51,787 bases of DNA, from the NCBI GenBank assembly GCA_050239825.1, contig JBFXGO010000010.1:1-51787 (forward strand). The letters run 5' to 3'. Source of the DNA: a bacterium. GTDB lineage: Bacteria > Hydrothermota > 32-111. Both the position numbers and the translations under genes were made by a program. Below, one piece after another: positions 29,000 through 39,128 of the stretch. Below the pieces are notes generated by a model that did not search any database, was not told where the DNA came from, and worked only from the letters and a program-made list of their open reading frames with translations. Each line of letters opens with the position of its first letter. Within the stretch, counting starts at the first letter, position 1.

Positions 29000-29463
29000 T
29001 TGATTTTCTCCGCCGGGTTCTCCGAATTGTTAAGTTTTTTACAAGCCATGAAGCCGCGCACCATAAAATAGATGGCAAATATGTGGAAGCCTACCCCAAG
29101 AAGGTCAAATGAAAATACAAATATAACCGCATCAAGAATGTAGAGGATGATTCCCGTCATGAACGCCTTTCTGCTTCCTCTGTTTGCGAATAGTCCGATA
29201 AGCACAAATACTGCGGAAAGCAGGATGTTTATAATGAGAGAGACATATTTCATGCCGGATGCTGTTGTCTCCGAGATAGACCTGCCGATGAAGTCGAGAA
29301 GTTGTGTGACTCCGAGCCCTATGACAAAATTCCAATCAAGGTTAAGCATGAAGATTATGGAATTGATTATCGAAAGAGCCGCTATCCAGAAGAACCATGA
29401 AGCCGCGCCCTTGACCTCTCCTTCAATCCTCAGTCTCTGTTCAATCGCCTGCTTTTCATCCAT
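28996..29463 (-). CDS. Hypothetical membrane protein
   Basis: Several TM helices; GASWFFWIAALS..NS; AAGGAG RBS before ATG 29463. Confidence 0.8.
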   Translation of the reverse strand: MDEKQAIEQRLRIEGEVKGAASWFFWIAALSIINSIIFMLNLDWNFVIGLGVTQLLDFIGRSISETTASGMKYVSLIINILLSAVFVLIGLFANRGSRKAFMTGIILYILDAVIFVFSFDLLGVGFHIFAIYFMVRGFMACKKLNNSENPAEKIN

Positions 29464-29587
29464 ACAGTCTCCTTTTCGGATTTGCATTAATTATAGCACA
29501 GAGCGCATTTCTTTCAAGGGATTATGCATCCGTTCTTTTTACATCCGGAGTATCAGAATTCAGAGGTATTTTTTACCGGCATTAATA

Positions 29588-30562
29588 TCATTTAAAGTAT
29601 TTTATGCCCTTCTCAGTGATTGAAACATAGTACTGCGATTCATGAAATTCAATTCTGACAAGATCTCTCTTCTCCGCATCCTGTAGATATGTTTTCAGCC
29701 GCGAGTAGCCGTATTTTTTTATGTCAATGTCTTTCTTTATGAGCATCTCATTGAGTTTTGTGAAGAGTATCATCTTTTCCTTTCTCTCCTTGTGAAGGCT
29801 GTTAAGCTCCTGAAGCATCGGATAAAAAGGATATGTTGTATACCCTATCGTCTTCTCTTTGTTCTGCACTGTCAGGAAAGTGTTTTTTTCCTCTTCAATG
29901 ATATCAACAAGACCGTCATTTTTCGCGGCTTCCACAAAAGCTCTCCAACTTGAAAAACCTATAGCTCTTTCGCTGAAATTCTCATTCAGAAGAAGCATCC
30001 TGACCTTCACCTCAGAAAACCCCGCCTTTCCCTTCTTTTCGGTTATGTTCTTTGTTGCTTCAACAAGGAGAGCGTAGCACTCTTCTTTTGTTGGCGCCTT
30101 GCTCTTTTCCTTATCGTCGGCATCAATGATCGTTCTGTAGTCAAAATACTCATCCGCTATCTGAAGCAGGTCTTCACTTGCGTTTCGCGCGTCGCAAATA
30201 ATAATAGTCCTGCATCCTCGTCTTCTAATACTCACAAGTAGCGGCCTGAAATCCACATCTCCCGTCACTATGATGAATGTTTCAATGTGCGGATAAATGA
30301 AGAGATACTCCATGCCGCTCGTCATAAGAGAAATGTCCGAACTGTTCTTTTTTGATATGGGCACATGTATCAGCTGAAAGGAATTCTTTGCAAATATTTC
30401 ATCGCAGTTTCCCATCGTCGCCTTACGCCAATTGGCGAATACCGCCGCCACCGAAAGCTGTCCGTACTTTTTAGCATACTCTAAAATCGCCTGCACAAGA
30501 CCTTCTTTCTGGTTTGGATTGACGTTTTCTGCGTCCCAAAGTATTGCAACGGAATTTTTCAT
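29588..30562 (-). CDS. NYN (PIN-like RNase) domain protein with OST-HTH/LOTUS domains
   Basis: WDAENV, KNSSDI, VTGDVDF, ADEYFDY; GFSSWRAF and YGYSRLK LOTUS-like motifs. Confidence 0.9.
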   Translation of the reverse strand: MKNSVAILWDAENVNPNQKEGLVQAILEYAKKYGQLSVAAVFANWRKATMGNCDEIFAKNSFQLIHVPISKKNSSDISLMTSGMEYLFIYPHIETFIIVTGDVDFRPLLVSIRRRGCRTIIICDARNASEDLLQIADEYFDYRTIIDADDKEKSKAPTKEECYALLVEATKNITEKKGKAGFSEVKVRMLLLNENFSERAIGFSSWRAFVEAAKNDGLVDIIEEEKNTFLTVQNKEKTIGYTTYPFYPMLQELNSLHKERKEKMILFTKLNEMLIKKDIDIKKYGYSRLKTYLQDAEKRDLVRIEFHESQYYVSITEKGIKYFK

Positions 30563-30595
30563 TCTTTTCCTCCGAATTTAAATATTGGTTGTTTT

Positions 30596-30624
30596 ATTAT
30601 ATGCTCAACAGCAAATTATTGCAA
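30596..30624 (-). promoter_or_regulatory. Putative promoter TTGCAA-N17-TATAAT for the NYN gene
   Basis: Read directly from sequence. Confidence 0.5.
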
Positions 30625-30735
30625 CAGAAAATAATACTCAGATATTCACATTCCGGATGATGCCTCTTCGCGGAATTCTGCCGACCATACTCCCTTGCTT
30701 GACTTTAATTTATAATTATATATAATATATAGTCT

Positions 30736-32754
30736 ATGGATAAAATCACACAAATTTTCGTTGAAGCGCAGAATGATTTGGATATCATAAGGGGCATATC
30801 GCAGCTTGAAGAGGATTTCGGTATATCAGATCTTCTCGTATGCCTCAATGTTCATAATAATTTCTTTTACTATTCGACAGTTTCGAACCGCTCGGCATTC
30901 GCAGAGACAAAAGACACCTTTGATTTCAGGAGAATTTCTGTCAGAGAGAGCGAATTCATTTATAGAATAGACTCCCTCCTCTATGATGTAAAATTCAATG
31001 ATGACATAGTGATAAAGCAGAATGCCAATCAGATTATTATAACCGACAAGTATGATGAAATGATTCTTGTTATTCACTACAAGAATGAAGTGTATGAGGA
31101 GAGGAGAAACAGACAGATACTTGAGCTGGCACCCGTCATTAAAACCGCAGTTTCAAAGCTCTACCTCACCAAGCGCCTCTCTTCCGAAAAGGATATTGAA
31201 GAGAGGATTGCGTCAATAAACAAAAAACTCTACACGCTTCAACAGCTTGCCTCACTGCTCCAGTCAACCTTGAATCTTGAGAAGATACTCGAAATAATAA
31301 CAAAGTCTATAAGCGATTCTCTCGGCTTTTCAGTTGTTCTTCTGAGCCTCTACGATGAGAAGACGGAAATGATGATTAGAGCGGCCCAGCACGGTCTCAA
31401 TGACAAGGTTTTTGAAAAACTCAAAAGGCAAAAGGTCGCATTTTCGGCTCTGAAGAATTTGATGCAGGACCAATACCGCATTTCGCGCTCTTATTACATA
31501 AACCACAAAGAGGCGACCAATGCCATTAATACCAACCTCAACGACATCACATATATACTTCCTGATGAAAAAGAAGAGCAGTATATAAACTGGCATCCGG
31601 AGGACATACTCATTATCCCGCTCTATTCAAAGGAAAACCGCATTCTTGGAATAATAACCGTCGATAAACCGGAAGATAAGTTTGTCAACATAGGAGAGTC
31701 GGTGGAGATACTTGAATCATTTGCCCAGACAGCTTCTCTTGCAATTGAAAACGCCAAGCTGTTCAACAAGATGGACACTCTCATCAAGAATCTCGAGAGA
31801 ATCAACGACATCTCCGCAGTGCTCACATCATTTGTAAATCTGCAGGAGCTTCTAAACCATCTGGTGACTGCCATAAGGGAGAAATTCAATTACTACAATG
31901 TTGCTGTTCTTCTCTTCAGCTCTTCAAGAGAGCTTGAAGTGAGGGCATACTCCGGCTTCAATGAAAAATACATCGACAGGATAGGAGAAATCATAAAAAT
32001 GGGTGAAGGAATTGTCGGATGGGTGGCGGAAAACGGAGTCTCGCTTCACATAAAGGATACGAGGACAGATCCGAGGTATATCGGCAGGCTTGACATCCCA
32101 TTCTCGGAAATAACAACACCTCTGAAGGTCTCAGACAAAATAATCGGAGTTCTCAATGTAGAGGCGGAGGGAACAAACGCGCTTGATGAAAATGATTTCA
32201 GGATAATTTCAATTTTATCATCCCACCTCGCCACAGCAATAGACAATACATTCAAATATGAGGAGAAGGAGAGGATCGCCGTCACAGATGCCATGACAGG
32301 CATGTATAATTACAGATTCTTCATGAACAAGCTGAAAGAAGAGATAGACAGGGCAAAACGGCTGTCAATTCCGATATCCGTGATTATGATTGATGTCGAC
32401 TTTTTCAAGGAAATCAACGACACTTACGGTCATATAGTTGGAGACAGCATAATAAAGGAGCTTGCAGAACTGCTCCAGAATATAACGCGCAAGGGCGACA
32501 TTGTCACAAGATACGGAGGAGACGAGTTCTTCATTATTCTTCCGGGAGCGGGAAAGACATTCACCCACACTCTTTCCGAGAGAGTAATCAAACAGGTGAA
32601 GGAGCACAAATTCATTCAAAACATAAAACTGACCATCTCTCTTGGCATTGTCACATATCCCGACGATGCAGACAACATTGAGGCGCTTTTAAAGTGGGTT
32701 GACGACGCTCTCTATGACGCCAAGAGAAAGGGCAGAGACAGAATTGACGGATGA
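30736..32754 (+). CDS. GAF-GAF-GGDEF diguanylate cyclase
   Basis: Two GAF domains; DVDFFKEINDTYGH, RKGD I-site, RYGGDEF. Confidence 0.93.
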   Translation: MDKITQIFVEAQNDLDIIRGISQLEEDFGISDLLVCLNVHNNFFYYSTVSNRSAFAETKDTFDFRRISVRESEFIYRIDSLLYDVKFNDDIVIKQNANQIIITDKYDEMILVIHYKNEVYEERRNRQILELAPVIKTAVSKLYLTKRLSSEKDIEERIASINKKLYTLQQLASLLQSTLNLEKILEIITKSISDSLGFSVVLLSLYDEKTEMMIRAAQHGLNDKVFEKLKRQKVAFSALKNLMQDQYRISRSYYINHKEATNAINTNLNDITYILPDEKEEQYINWHPEDILIIPLYSKENRILGIITVDKPEDKFVNIGESVEILESFAQTASLAIENAKLFNKMDTLIKNLERINDISAVLTSFVNLQELLNHLVTAIREKFNYYNVAVLLFSSSRELEVRAYSGFNEKYIDRIGEIIKMGEGIVGWVAENGVSLHIKDTRTDPRYIGRLDIPFSEITTPLKVSDKIIGVLNVEAEGTNALDENDFRIISILSSHLATAIDNTFKYEEKERIAVTDAMTGMYNYRFFMNKLKEEIDRAKRLSIPISVIMIDVDFFKEINDTYGHIVGDSIIKELAELLQNITRKGDIVTRYGGDEFFIILPGAGKTFTHTLSERVIKQVKEHKFIQNIKLTISLGIVTYPDDADNIEALLKWVDDALYDAKRKGRDRIDG

Positions 32755-33977
32755 GTATGAAAAGAAAGAATCCATTTTTTTTGAAATCATATTTTCTTGT
32801 GGCTCTGCTTGCTGTCTCTCTGGCATCATTCCTCTACATACAGGATATCATATTCAAGCTTGAAGAGACCTCTCTCATGCAGTCGAGAATTTTCGCAAGA
32901 TTTACATCGGAAGTATTCACAAAAAATAATCAGAAGCTGACCGATGAAATCATATTTGAGGAGATTATTCAAAACATAAAATTCCCCATAGTCGTCACCG
33001 ATTCTCTTGAAAATCCGGTTGCATGGAGAAATCTCGGATATCTCGACACTGTCTTCTCTCTCGACGAAAATCCGACATATCAGGCAGACATACGAAGAAT
33101 AATCGGACGCCTTAATTCTGAAAACAAACCCCTTGAGTTGAAATACAATGACAAAGTATTTGCGATAGTTTACACCGGAGTTGATCCTCTTTACAAGAGG
33201 CTTCAGTTCGCTCCATTCTTTCAGATAATCGTCTCTGCGATTTTTGTTCTCGTCGGAATATACGGCTTTCTCTTCTATAAAAAATCCGAAGAGAATATAA
33301 TCTGGGCAGGCATGGCCAAGGAGACTGCGCACCAGATCGGAACCCCGCTCACATCCCTCAAGGCATGGGTGCAAATACTGAGAGACAGAAAAGTGGATGA
33401 AAAAATTGTCAGCGGAATCAACGAAGATTTCATGCGGCTTGAGATAATCGCCAACAGATTCAATAAAATTGGGTCGCCTCTGACAATTGAACTGGCGGAC
33501 ATAAACAAAGAGATTTCAGAGATAATAAAATACTTCGAGTCGCGCGCTCCTCATGCCGAGAACCATAAAGTGACCTTTAATTTCATCGGCGGAGGAGAGA
33601 TCCTTGTTCCTGTCGACAAAGATTTGTTCAAATGGTCTGTCGAGAACCTTGTCAAGAACAGCATGGATGCCCTAGCAGGAAGAAAGAATGGAGAGATATC
33701 CATTGAGACAAAGCAGGAGCAGACAAGAGTTATGATAAAGGTGTCGGACAATGGAGTCGGAATAGAAAAAAAGAATCTTGAGAAGATTTTCGAAGTCGGA
33801 TTTTCAACGCGAAATTATGGCTGGGGAATCGGTCTTCCTCTGTCTAAAAAGATAATAGAAGAATTCCACAGGGGAAAGCTTGTTTTGGAATATACAATGA
33901 CAGGAAAGGGCACAAGATTTGCCATCGCACTCCCGCTTACAAGACAGGACAATGAAAAAGAGAATACTCTGGGTTGA
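32751..33977 (+). CDS. Membrane sensor histidine kinase
   Basis: ETAHQIGTP H-box, NLVKNS, DNGVG, GWGIGL; two TM helices. Confidence 0.93.
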   Translation: MSMKRKNPFFLKSYFLVALLAVSLASFLYIQDIIFKLEETSLMQSRIFARFTSEVFTKNNQKLTDEIIFEEIIQNIKFPIVVTDSLENPVAWRNLGYLDTVFSLDENPTYQADIRRIIGRLNSENKPLELKYNDKVFAIVYTGVDPLYKRLQFAPFFQIIVSAIFVLVGIYGFLFYKKSEENIIWAGMAKETAHQIGTPLTSLKAWVQILRDRKVDEKIVSGINEDFMRLEIIANRFNKIGSPLTIELADINKEISEIIKYFESRAPHAENHKVTFNFIGGGEILVPVDKDLFKWSVENLVKNSMDALAGRKNGEISIETKQEQTRVMIKVSDNGVGIEKKNLEKIFEVGFSTRNYGWGIGLPLSKKIIEEFHRGKLVLEYTMTGKGTRFAIALPLTRQDNEKENTLG

Positions 33978-35496
33978 CGACGAAGTCGACAATCTGCGCT
34001 CTCTTATGTACTTCCTCGAATCAGAGGGGTATGTCGTGGAGACTGCATCAAATGGCACGGATGGGGTGGATAGAATCGAAAAAGATTCTTATGACCTGAT
34101 ATTCCTTGACCAATACATGCCGGGAATGGATGGAATTGAAACACTCTCAAGAATGAGAGAGATATCCGGCAAAACTCCGATTATCATGGTAACCAAGGCT
34201 GATGACAAATCAATAATCGACGCCGCACTTTCTCAGAGAGTTGATGATTATCTCATCAAACCTGTAAGCCCCCTGCAGGTTCTCGCCACAATAAAGAGAA
34301 TTGTCGAAAAAAAGGCGAAGATAAAGGAGAACCTTGGGAAAAGCTACTCGCAGACAATGAGGCGGATTTCCGAAATGTTTTCGACATCTGAAGACACCGC
34401 TACATACGCAAAGATACACCATGCGATGAGCCAGTGGAACCTGAGCGTAAACAGGGAGATTGAGACTGACATAATGAATATGCATGCAATGCAGAAGAGC
34501 GAGTTGAACAGCGGGTTTGCCAAATTTGTAATGAAAAATTACAGGAAGTGGATAAAACAGCAGTCTGGTCCGGTAATGTCCCACACTCTCTTTTCCAACC
34601 ATGTCGATCCAATGATACGTGAAAACAAAAAAGTATTTTTTCTTCTGATAGATTGTATGAGGTATGACCATTATCTTCTTATGGAGACATTTCTCAGCGA
34701 TTCCTTCAAGACCGCTCTTCATTCATACTATTCCATTCTTCCCACCGCAACCCCTTACAGCAGAAATGCGATTTTCTCCGGAATGCTTCCGGTGCAGATT
34801 GCAAGGAATTATCCGGAAAAGTGGAATTTCTCAGATTCTCTCTCCCAAAATCAATATGAGGAGGAATTTTTAAAGATAAGAATGAGACAGTCACTCTCGA
34901 TGGAGGATGTCTCATACGCCAAAGTGTCGACAAATGAAAACCTAAAAAAATACATTCAGTCATTCTCGCGCCATGAAAGGAACCGCCTGAATGTTCTAAT
35001 AGTCAATATAATGGATGTCTTCACGCACTTCAGAAGCGAAAGCGAAATCCTGAAAGACATGCTTCCCGATGAGAACTCTCTTCTTGCATTCATATCAACA
35101 TGGTTCCGCACAAGCGAGCTTCTTGATTTCTTCTCCTATCTCATTTCCCGCAATTACTCCATTGTTATAACATCCGACCATGGCTCCATAATATCAAAGG
35201 ACCCTCTCCTGATGAATACCGGAAAGGATGTCTCCATAAATCTGAAATACAAATTCGGCTCCTCAATACAGCCCCAGTCTTCAGAAATTGCGATTCTCGA
35301 TGCCCCTGAGGAGTGGGGGCTCCCTGTGCCGAAGAAGACTGACAAGTGGTACCTTTCAACAGGCAACGGATACCTTGTCTATTCAACAAAATTCAATCAA
35401 TACAAGAGAGAGTATTATAACACCTTCCAACACGGAGGGATTTCAATGGAGGAGATGATTCTTCCAATAGGTATTGTGGAGGCTAAGAATGTTTAA
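33952..35496 (+). CDS. PorX-like response regulator (REC + PglZ/alkaline phosphatase domain)
   Basis: WVDDE..LDQYMPG receiver; IDCMRYD, SILPTATPYSRNAIFSG, TSDHG, TFQHGGISMEEM. Confidence 0.9.
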   Translation: MKKRILWVDDEVDNLRSLMYFLESEGYVVETASNGTDGVDRIEKDSYDLIFLDQYMPGMDGIETLSRMREISGKTPIIMVTKADDKSIIDAALSQRVDDYLIKPVSPLQVLATIKRIVEKKAKIKENLGKSYSQTMRRISEMFSTSEDTATYAKIHHAMSQWNLSVNREIETDIMNMHAMQKSELNSGFAKFVMKNYRKWIKQQSGPVMSHTLFSNHVDPMIRENKKVFFLLIDCMRYDHYLLMETFLSDSFKTALHSYYSILPTATPYSRNAIFSGMLPVQIARNYPEKWNFSDSLSQNQYEEEFLKIRMRQSLSMEDVSYAKVSTNENLKKYIQSFSRHERNRLNVLIVNIMDVFTHFRSESEILKDMLPDENSLLAFISTWFRTSELLDFFSYLISRNYSIVITSDHGSIISKDPLLMNTGKDVSINLKYKFGSSIQPQSSEIAILDAPEEWGLPVPKKTDKWYLSTGNGYLVYSTKFNQYKREYYNTFQHGGISMEEMILPIGIVEAKNV

Positions 35497-35818
35497 AGTC
35501 AAAATCAATGATATCAGACTTCAGATATATGCCGGAATAGCAAAAGAAGAGAGAAGCAAAAAAAACAGAATATTGATCAACATAGAGTATTTGGAGGAGA
35601 AAAAAAATATCATTGATTATTCAACCGTCTATGAAATAACTGTGAAAACAGCTCTATCAAAGAGATGGGATCTACTTGAAGACTTGGTTTGTGAGATTTA
35701 CAAAGAGATAAAAAAAAGACACAAAAAGATTATCTCTTTGAAAGTGAGCGCAAAAAAACTGAATCCCGTTAAAATGGAAAAAAGTTTGTCTGCAGAGGTT
35801 TCTTATGGCGCAGAATAA
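35489..35818 (+). CDS. folB: Dihydroneopterin aldolase
   Basis: G..EER, IDYSTVY, LLEDL, KKLNP; upstream of folK. Confidence 0.82.
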   Translation: MFKVKINDIRLQIYAGIAKEERSKKNRILINIEYLEEKKNIIDYSTVYEITVKTALSKRWDLLEDLVCEIYKEIKKRHKKIISLKVSAKKLNPVKMEKSLSAEVSYGAE

Positions 35819-36320
35819 CAAAATAATTCTCTGCCTCGGTTCGAACCTTGAGGACAGACATAAAAACATAAAGACCTCGATTGCACTTCTGAAGAGGCAC
35901 AAAATCAAGATTACAGGCTATTCATCCCTCTATGAAACAGACCCTGTGGGATTTGAAAACCAGCCGAAATTTTACAACATGGCGGTGACGGTTTCAACCG
36001 ACCTCTCCCCCGAACAGCTTTTAAGCGCAGTCAAAAGAATAGAATCTCTAATGGGGAGAAGGGAGGCTAAGAGATTTCATCCCCGCCTCATTGATATTGA
36101 TATATTGATTTACAATGATATAATTGTTGAAGTTGAAAATCTGAGCATTCCGCACAAGAGACTTTTAGAAAGACACTTTGCGCTTAAACTGCTCATGGAT
36201 ATTGATGAAAACATGCCTATTCCGGGTTCCGGCATGACCGTGAAGGAGGCTTATGAGAAAGTCGGAAAAGAGCATGCCGCAGTTAAACTCTCCGATAAGG
36301 AGCTGAAAGGGGTATTATGA
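35805..36320 (+). CDS. folK: 2-amino-4-hydroxy-6-hydroxymethyldihydropteridine pyrophosphokinase
   Basis: LGSNL, YETDP, PRLIDIDIL, IPH. Confidence 0.95.
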   Translation: MAQNNKIILCLGSNLEDRHKNIKTSIALLKRHKIKITGYSSLYETDPVGFENQPKFYNMAVTVSTDLSPEQLLSAVKRIESLMGRREAKRFHPRLIDIDILIYNDIIVEVENLSIPHKRLLERHFALKLLMDIDENMPIPGSGMTVKEAYEKVGKEHAAVKLSDKELKGVL

Positions 36321-36964
36321 TGAATCTGCCTTACAAATTCATCGCAGTCGAGGGTGTGATAGGAGTTGGAAAGACAACCCTCGCAACAAAACTGGCAAAA
36401 TACTACAGCGGCGAAGTGATACTTGAGCCTGTAGAGGAGAATCCCTTCCTTGAAAAGTTCTATAAGAACATCGAGGGCTTCGGATTTCAAACTCAGCTTT
36501 TCTTTCTCTTTGCCAGATACAAACAGATGAAGAATCTCAAGCAGACGAGGATATTCTTCGACCTATTGGTGAGCGATTATATGTTTGAAAAAGACAGGAT
36601 ATTCGCCAATCTTAACCTTGATGAAAATGAGCTTCAGCTGTATGAGCACATTTACAAATTCATAGAGCAGGAGATCACCTCCCCCGACCTTGTCATTTAT
36701 CTGCAGGCTTCCACTGAAACCATTATGGAGAGAATCAAGAAGAGGAATCGTTCCTTTGAGCACGAGATATCCCTTGAGTACATAAGTGAGCTTTCAAGGA
36801 ATTATTCTAATTTTTTCACTTACTACAAGTCATGCCCTGTACTGATTGTCAATGTAGATGATGCTGATTTATCGAAGGACCAGTCCTCACTGTCTCAGAT
36901 AATACAGGAAATAGAGAAGCCTTTCAGCGGAGTCAAGTATCTTAAACCAATCTCTGTGAAATAA
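36317..36964 (+). CDS. Deoxynucleoside kinase
   Basis: EGVIGVGKTT, NPFLEKFY, PDLVIYLQA, RNRSFE. Confidence 0.93.
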   Translation: MMNLPYKFIAVEGVIGVGKTTLATKLAKYYSGEVILEPVEENPFLEKFYKNIEGFGFQTQLFFLFARYKQMKNLKQTRIFFDLLVSDYMFEKDRIFANLNLDENELQLYEHIYKFIEQEITSPDLVIYLQASTETIMERIKKRNRSFEHEISLEYISELSRNYSNFFTYYKSCPVLIVNVDDADLSKDQSSLSQIIQEIEKPFSGVKYLKPISVK

Positions 36965-37800
36965 TGAAAATATTTAAAAAAATCAATGAAATAAGAAGAG
37001 AGTCCGAAAAACTCAGAGCCGCGGGAGAGACCATAGGATTCGTTCCGACTATGGGAGCGCTTCACGAGGGGCATCTTTCTCTTGTGAGAAGATCTGCCGG
37101 AATGTGCGGCAAAACAGTCGTCTCAATATTCGTGAATCCTATCCAGTTCGGTCCGAACGAAGACCTTTCCAAATACCCGAAGCCTCTGCAAATTGACAAA
37201 AATCTTCTTTTGAAAGAGAAAGCCGACATTCTCTTTATCCCCTCCTCGGAAGAAATGTACAGAAACAGAGAGACAGGAGTGACTTCCGGAAAGCATTCTT
37301 CGATACTGTGCGGTATGTCGAGAAAGAATCATTTTGACGGAGTTCTGACTGTTGTTTCAAAGCTTTTCAATATAATTTCCCCTGACTTTGCATTCTTCGG
37401 TGAAAAGGATTACCAGCAGCTCACTCTTATTAAAAAGATGGTTTTCGACCTTGATTTCAAAGTAAAGATTGTTTCCTGCCCCATAGTGAGGGAGAGAGAC
37501 GGGCTTGCTTTGAGTTCAAGAAACTCATACCTCTCCTTATCGGAGAGAACTGAAGCTCCGATAATCTACAACACTCTTAGTATCGCCGCAGATCTGTTCA
37601 GGAAAGGAGTTTCGCCGGAAGAGATAGAAAAACTATCCAAGAAAACAATTGAAGAGAATTCAAAAGGAAGAGTCGATTATATAAAAATCTACGATAACAA
37701 CCTCAACCAATGTACAATTGAAAGCAAAAAATGCCGGGTATTCGCCGCAGTCTTTTTCGGCAAAACCCGTCTTATCGACAACATGGAGGTATCCAAATGA
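36964..37800 (+). CDS. panC: Pantoate--beta-alanine ligase
   Basis: PTMGALHEGH, FGEKDYQQ, GLALSSRN, RLIDN. Confidence 0.97.
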   Translation: MKIFKKINEIRRESEKLRAAGETIGFVPTMGALHEGHLSLVRRSAGMCGKTVVSIFVNPIQFGPNEDLSKYPKPLQIDKNLLLKEKADILFIPSSEEMYRNRETGVTSGKHSSILCGMSRKNHFDGVLTVVSKLFNIISPDFAFFGEKDYQQLTLIKKMVFDLDFKVKIVSCPIVRERDGLALSSRNSYLSLSERTEAPIIYNTLSIAADLFRKGVSPEEIEKLSKKTIEENSKGRVDYIKIYDNNLNQCTIESKKCRVFAAVFFGKTRLIDNMEVSK

Positions 37801-38747
37801 CTTTAAATATTCTCATTCTTGCGGCCGGACTGGGCACAAGAATGAAATCGGAGAAGCCAAAGGTAATGCATGAGATTCTTGGGAAACCCATAGTGGAATA
37901 CATTCTGCAGACATCAGAGGAAATGCGTCCGTCGCGCACGATACTTCTAATCTCGCCTAAGCAGGATTCAATAAGAGAATATTTCAATGACAGAAATCTT
38001 TGTTTCGCCGTTCAGGAGAGACAACTCGGCACCGGAGATGCCGTAAAATCCGCTCTCTGTGTTGTGGAAGAGAATGCGGACCTGATGGTTTTAGCCGGGG
38101 ATGTGCCGATGATAAAAGCTGAGACCCTAAAGAGACTCTATGATACTCATGTTAAAGAGAAAAACTGCATAACCTTTTTAACAATGGTTCTTGCAGACCC
38201 CAAGGGGTATGGCAGGGTGAAAAGAAACGGAGGAAAAATTGAAGCGATAGTTGAAGAGAAAGATGCTTCAGACGAAATAAAAAAAATTCAGGAAGTCAAC
38301 AGCGGATTGTATGTTTTTTCTCATGAATTCCTGTTTAGAAGCATCGCCTCACTGACAAATGAGAATACGCAGAAGGAATACTATCTGACAGACCTAATCA
38401 AAGCGGCTTATAAAGAGAATGCAAAGACATCGGCAATTGTTATAAATGACGCTGACGAAGTGAGCGGAATAAATGACAGGAAACAGCTTTCCGATATTGA
38501 GCAGGCTATGCTGACAAAAAGACTGTCGGTTCTGATGCTTAACGGAGTGACCGTAAGAAGTCCTCAGACCGTCTATATGGATGACAGCGTCAAGGTTGAA
38601 CAGGGCGCTGAGATAGGAGCCAATGTCGTTTTGAAAGGCAGAACAGTCATAAAAGAGCGGGCGGTCATCGGCGATTTTTCATACATTAAAAATCATACTG
38701 TTGAAAAAGAAATGAAAATAAAACCGTTTACGATGCTGGATGAATGA
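37797..38747 (+). CDS. glmU: GlmU-like N-acetylglucosamine-1-phosphate uridyltransferase with truncated beta-helix
   Basis: LAAGLGTRMKS..PKV, QLGTGDA, GYGR, EYYLTD; ends after about 316 aa. Confidence 0.8.
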   Translation: MTLNILILAAGLGTRMKSEKPKVMHEILGKPIVEYILQTSEEMRPSRTILLISPKQDSIREYFNDRNLCFAVQERQLGTGDAVKSALCVVEENADLMVLAGDVPMIKAETLKRLYDTHVKEKNCITFLTMVLADPKGYGRVKRNGGKIEAIVEEKDASDEIKKIQEVNSGLYVFSHEFLFRSIASLTNENTQKEYYLTDLIKAAYKENAKTSAIVINDADEVSGINDRKQLSDIEQAMLTKRLSVLMLNGVTVRSPQTVYMDDSVKVEQGAEIGANVVLKGRTVIKERAVIGDFSYIKNHTVEKEMKIKPFTMLDE

Positions 38748-39127
38748 GAAGAAAGCTGTTTTTAACCGCGGTCTTTCTTTTTGTAATTCTATCCGCCTGC
38801 TTCATTATCTTTTTTTCCATGCAGACGGACAGGGAATTTGTGAGAGTGGAAATTCTGAATGCCACTGATACGCCGGATTTGGGCGAAAGGTTCGCCCTGA
38901 AACTTAAAAAGAACAATTGCGATGTTATAATGATTGCAAGAGTTCAATGCGATTCCTTTCCTCACACTGCGGTTGTTGAGAGGATGAGAAAAAACAAGGC
39001 AAATGCAAGGATTGTCTCTTCAATATTGAAATGCGGAAATATCTACACGGATATTGACTCCACTCTCAATGTTGACGCAACGGTTATAATCGGCGAGGAT
39101 TTTGAAAAATACTTAAAGCTAAAGTGA
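38744..39127 (+). CDS. LytR C-terminal domain protein
   Basis: N-terminal TM; VEILNAT..L; DATVIIGEDF. Confidence 0.85.
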   Translation: MRRKLFLTAVFLFVILSACFIIFFSMQTDREFVRVEILNATDTPDLGERFALKLKKNNCDVIMIARVQCDSFPHTAVVERMRKNKANARIVSSILKCGNIYTDIDSTLNVDATVIIGEDFEKYLKLK

Positions 39128-39128
39128 G

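Noticed and set aside
33952..35496. PglZ domain as a sign of BREX defence
   Set aside because: It is fused to a receiver domain next to a histidine kinase (PorX architecture), and no other brx genes are present.
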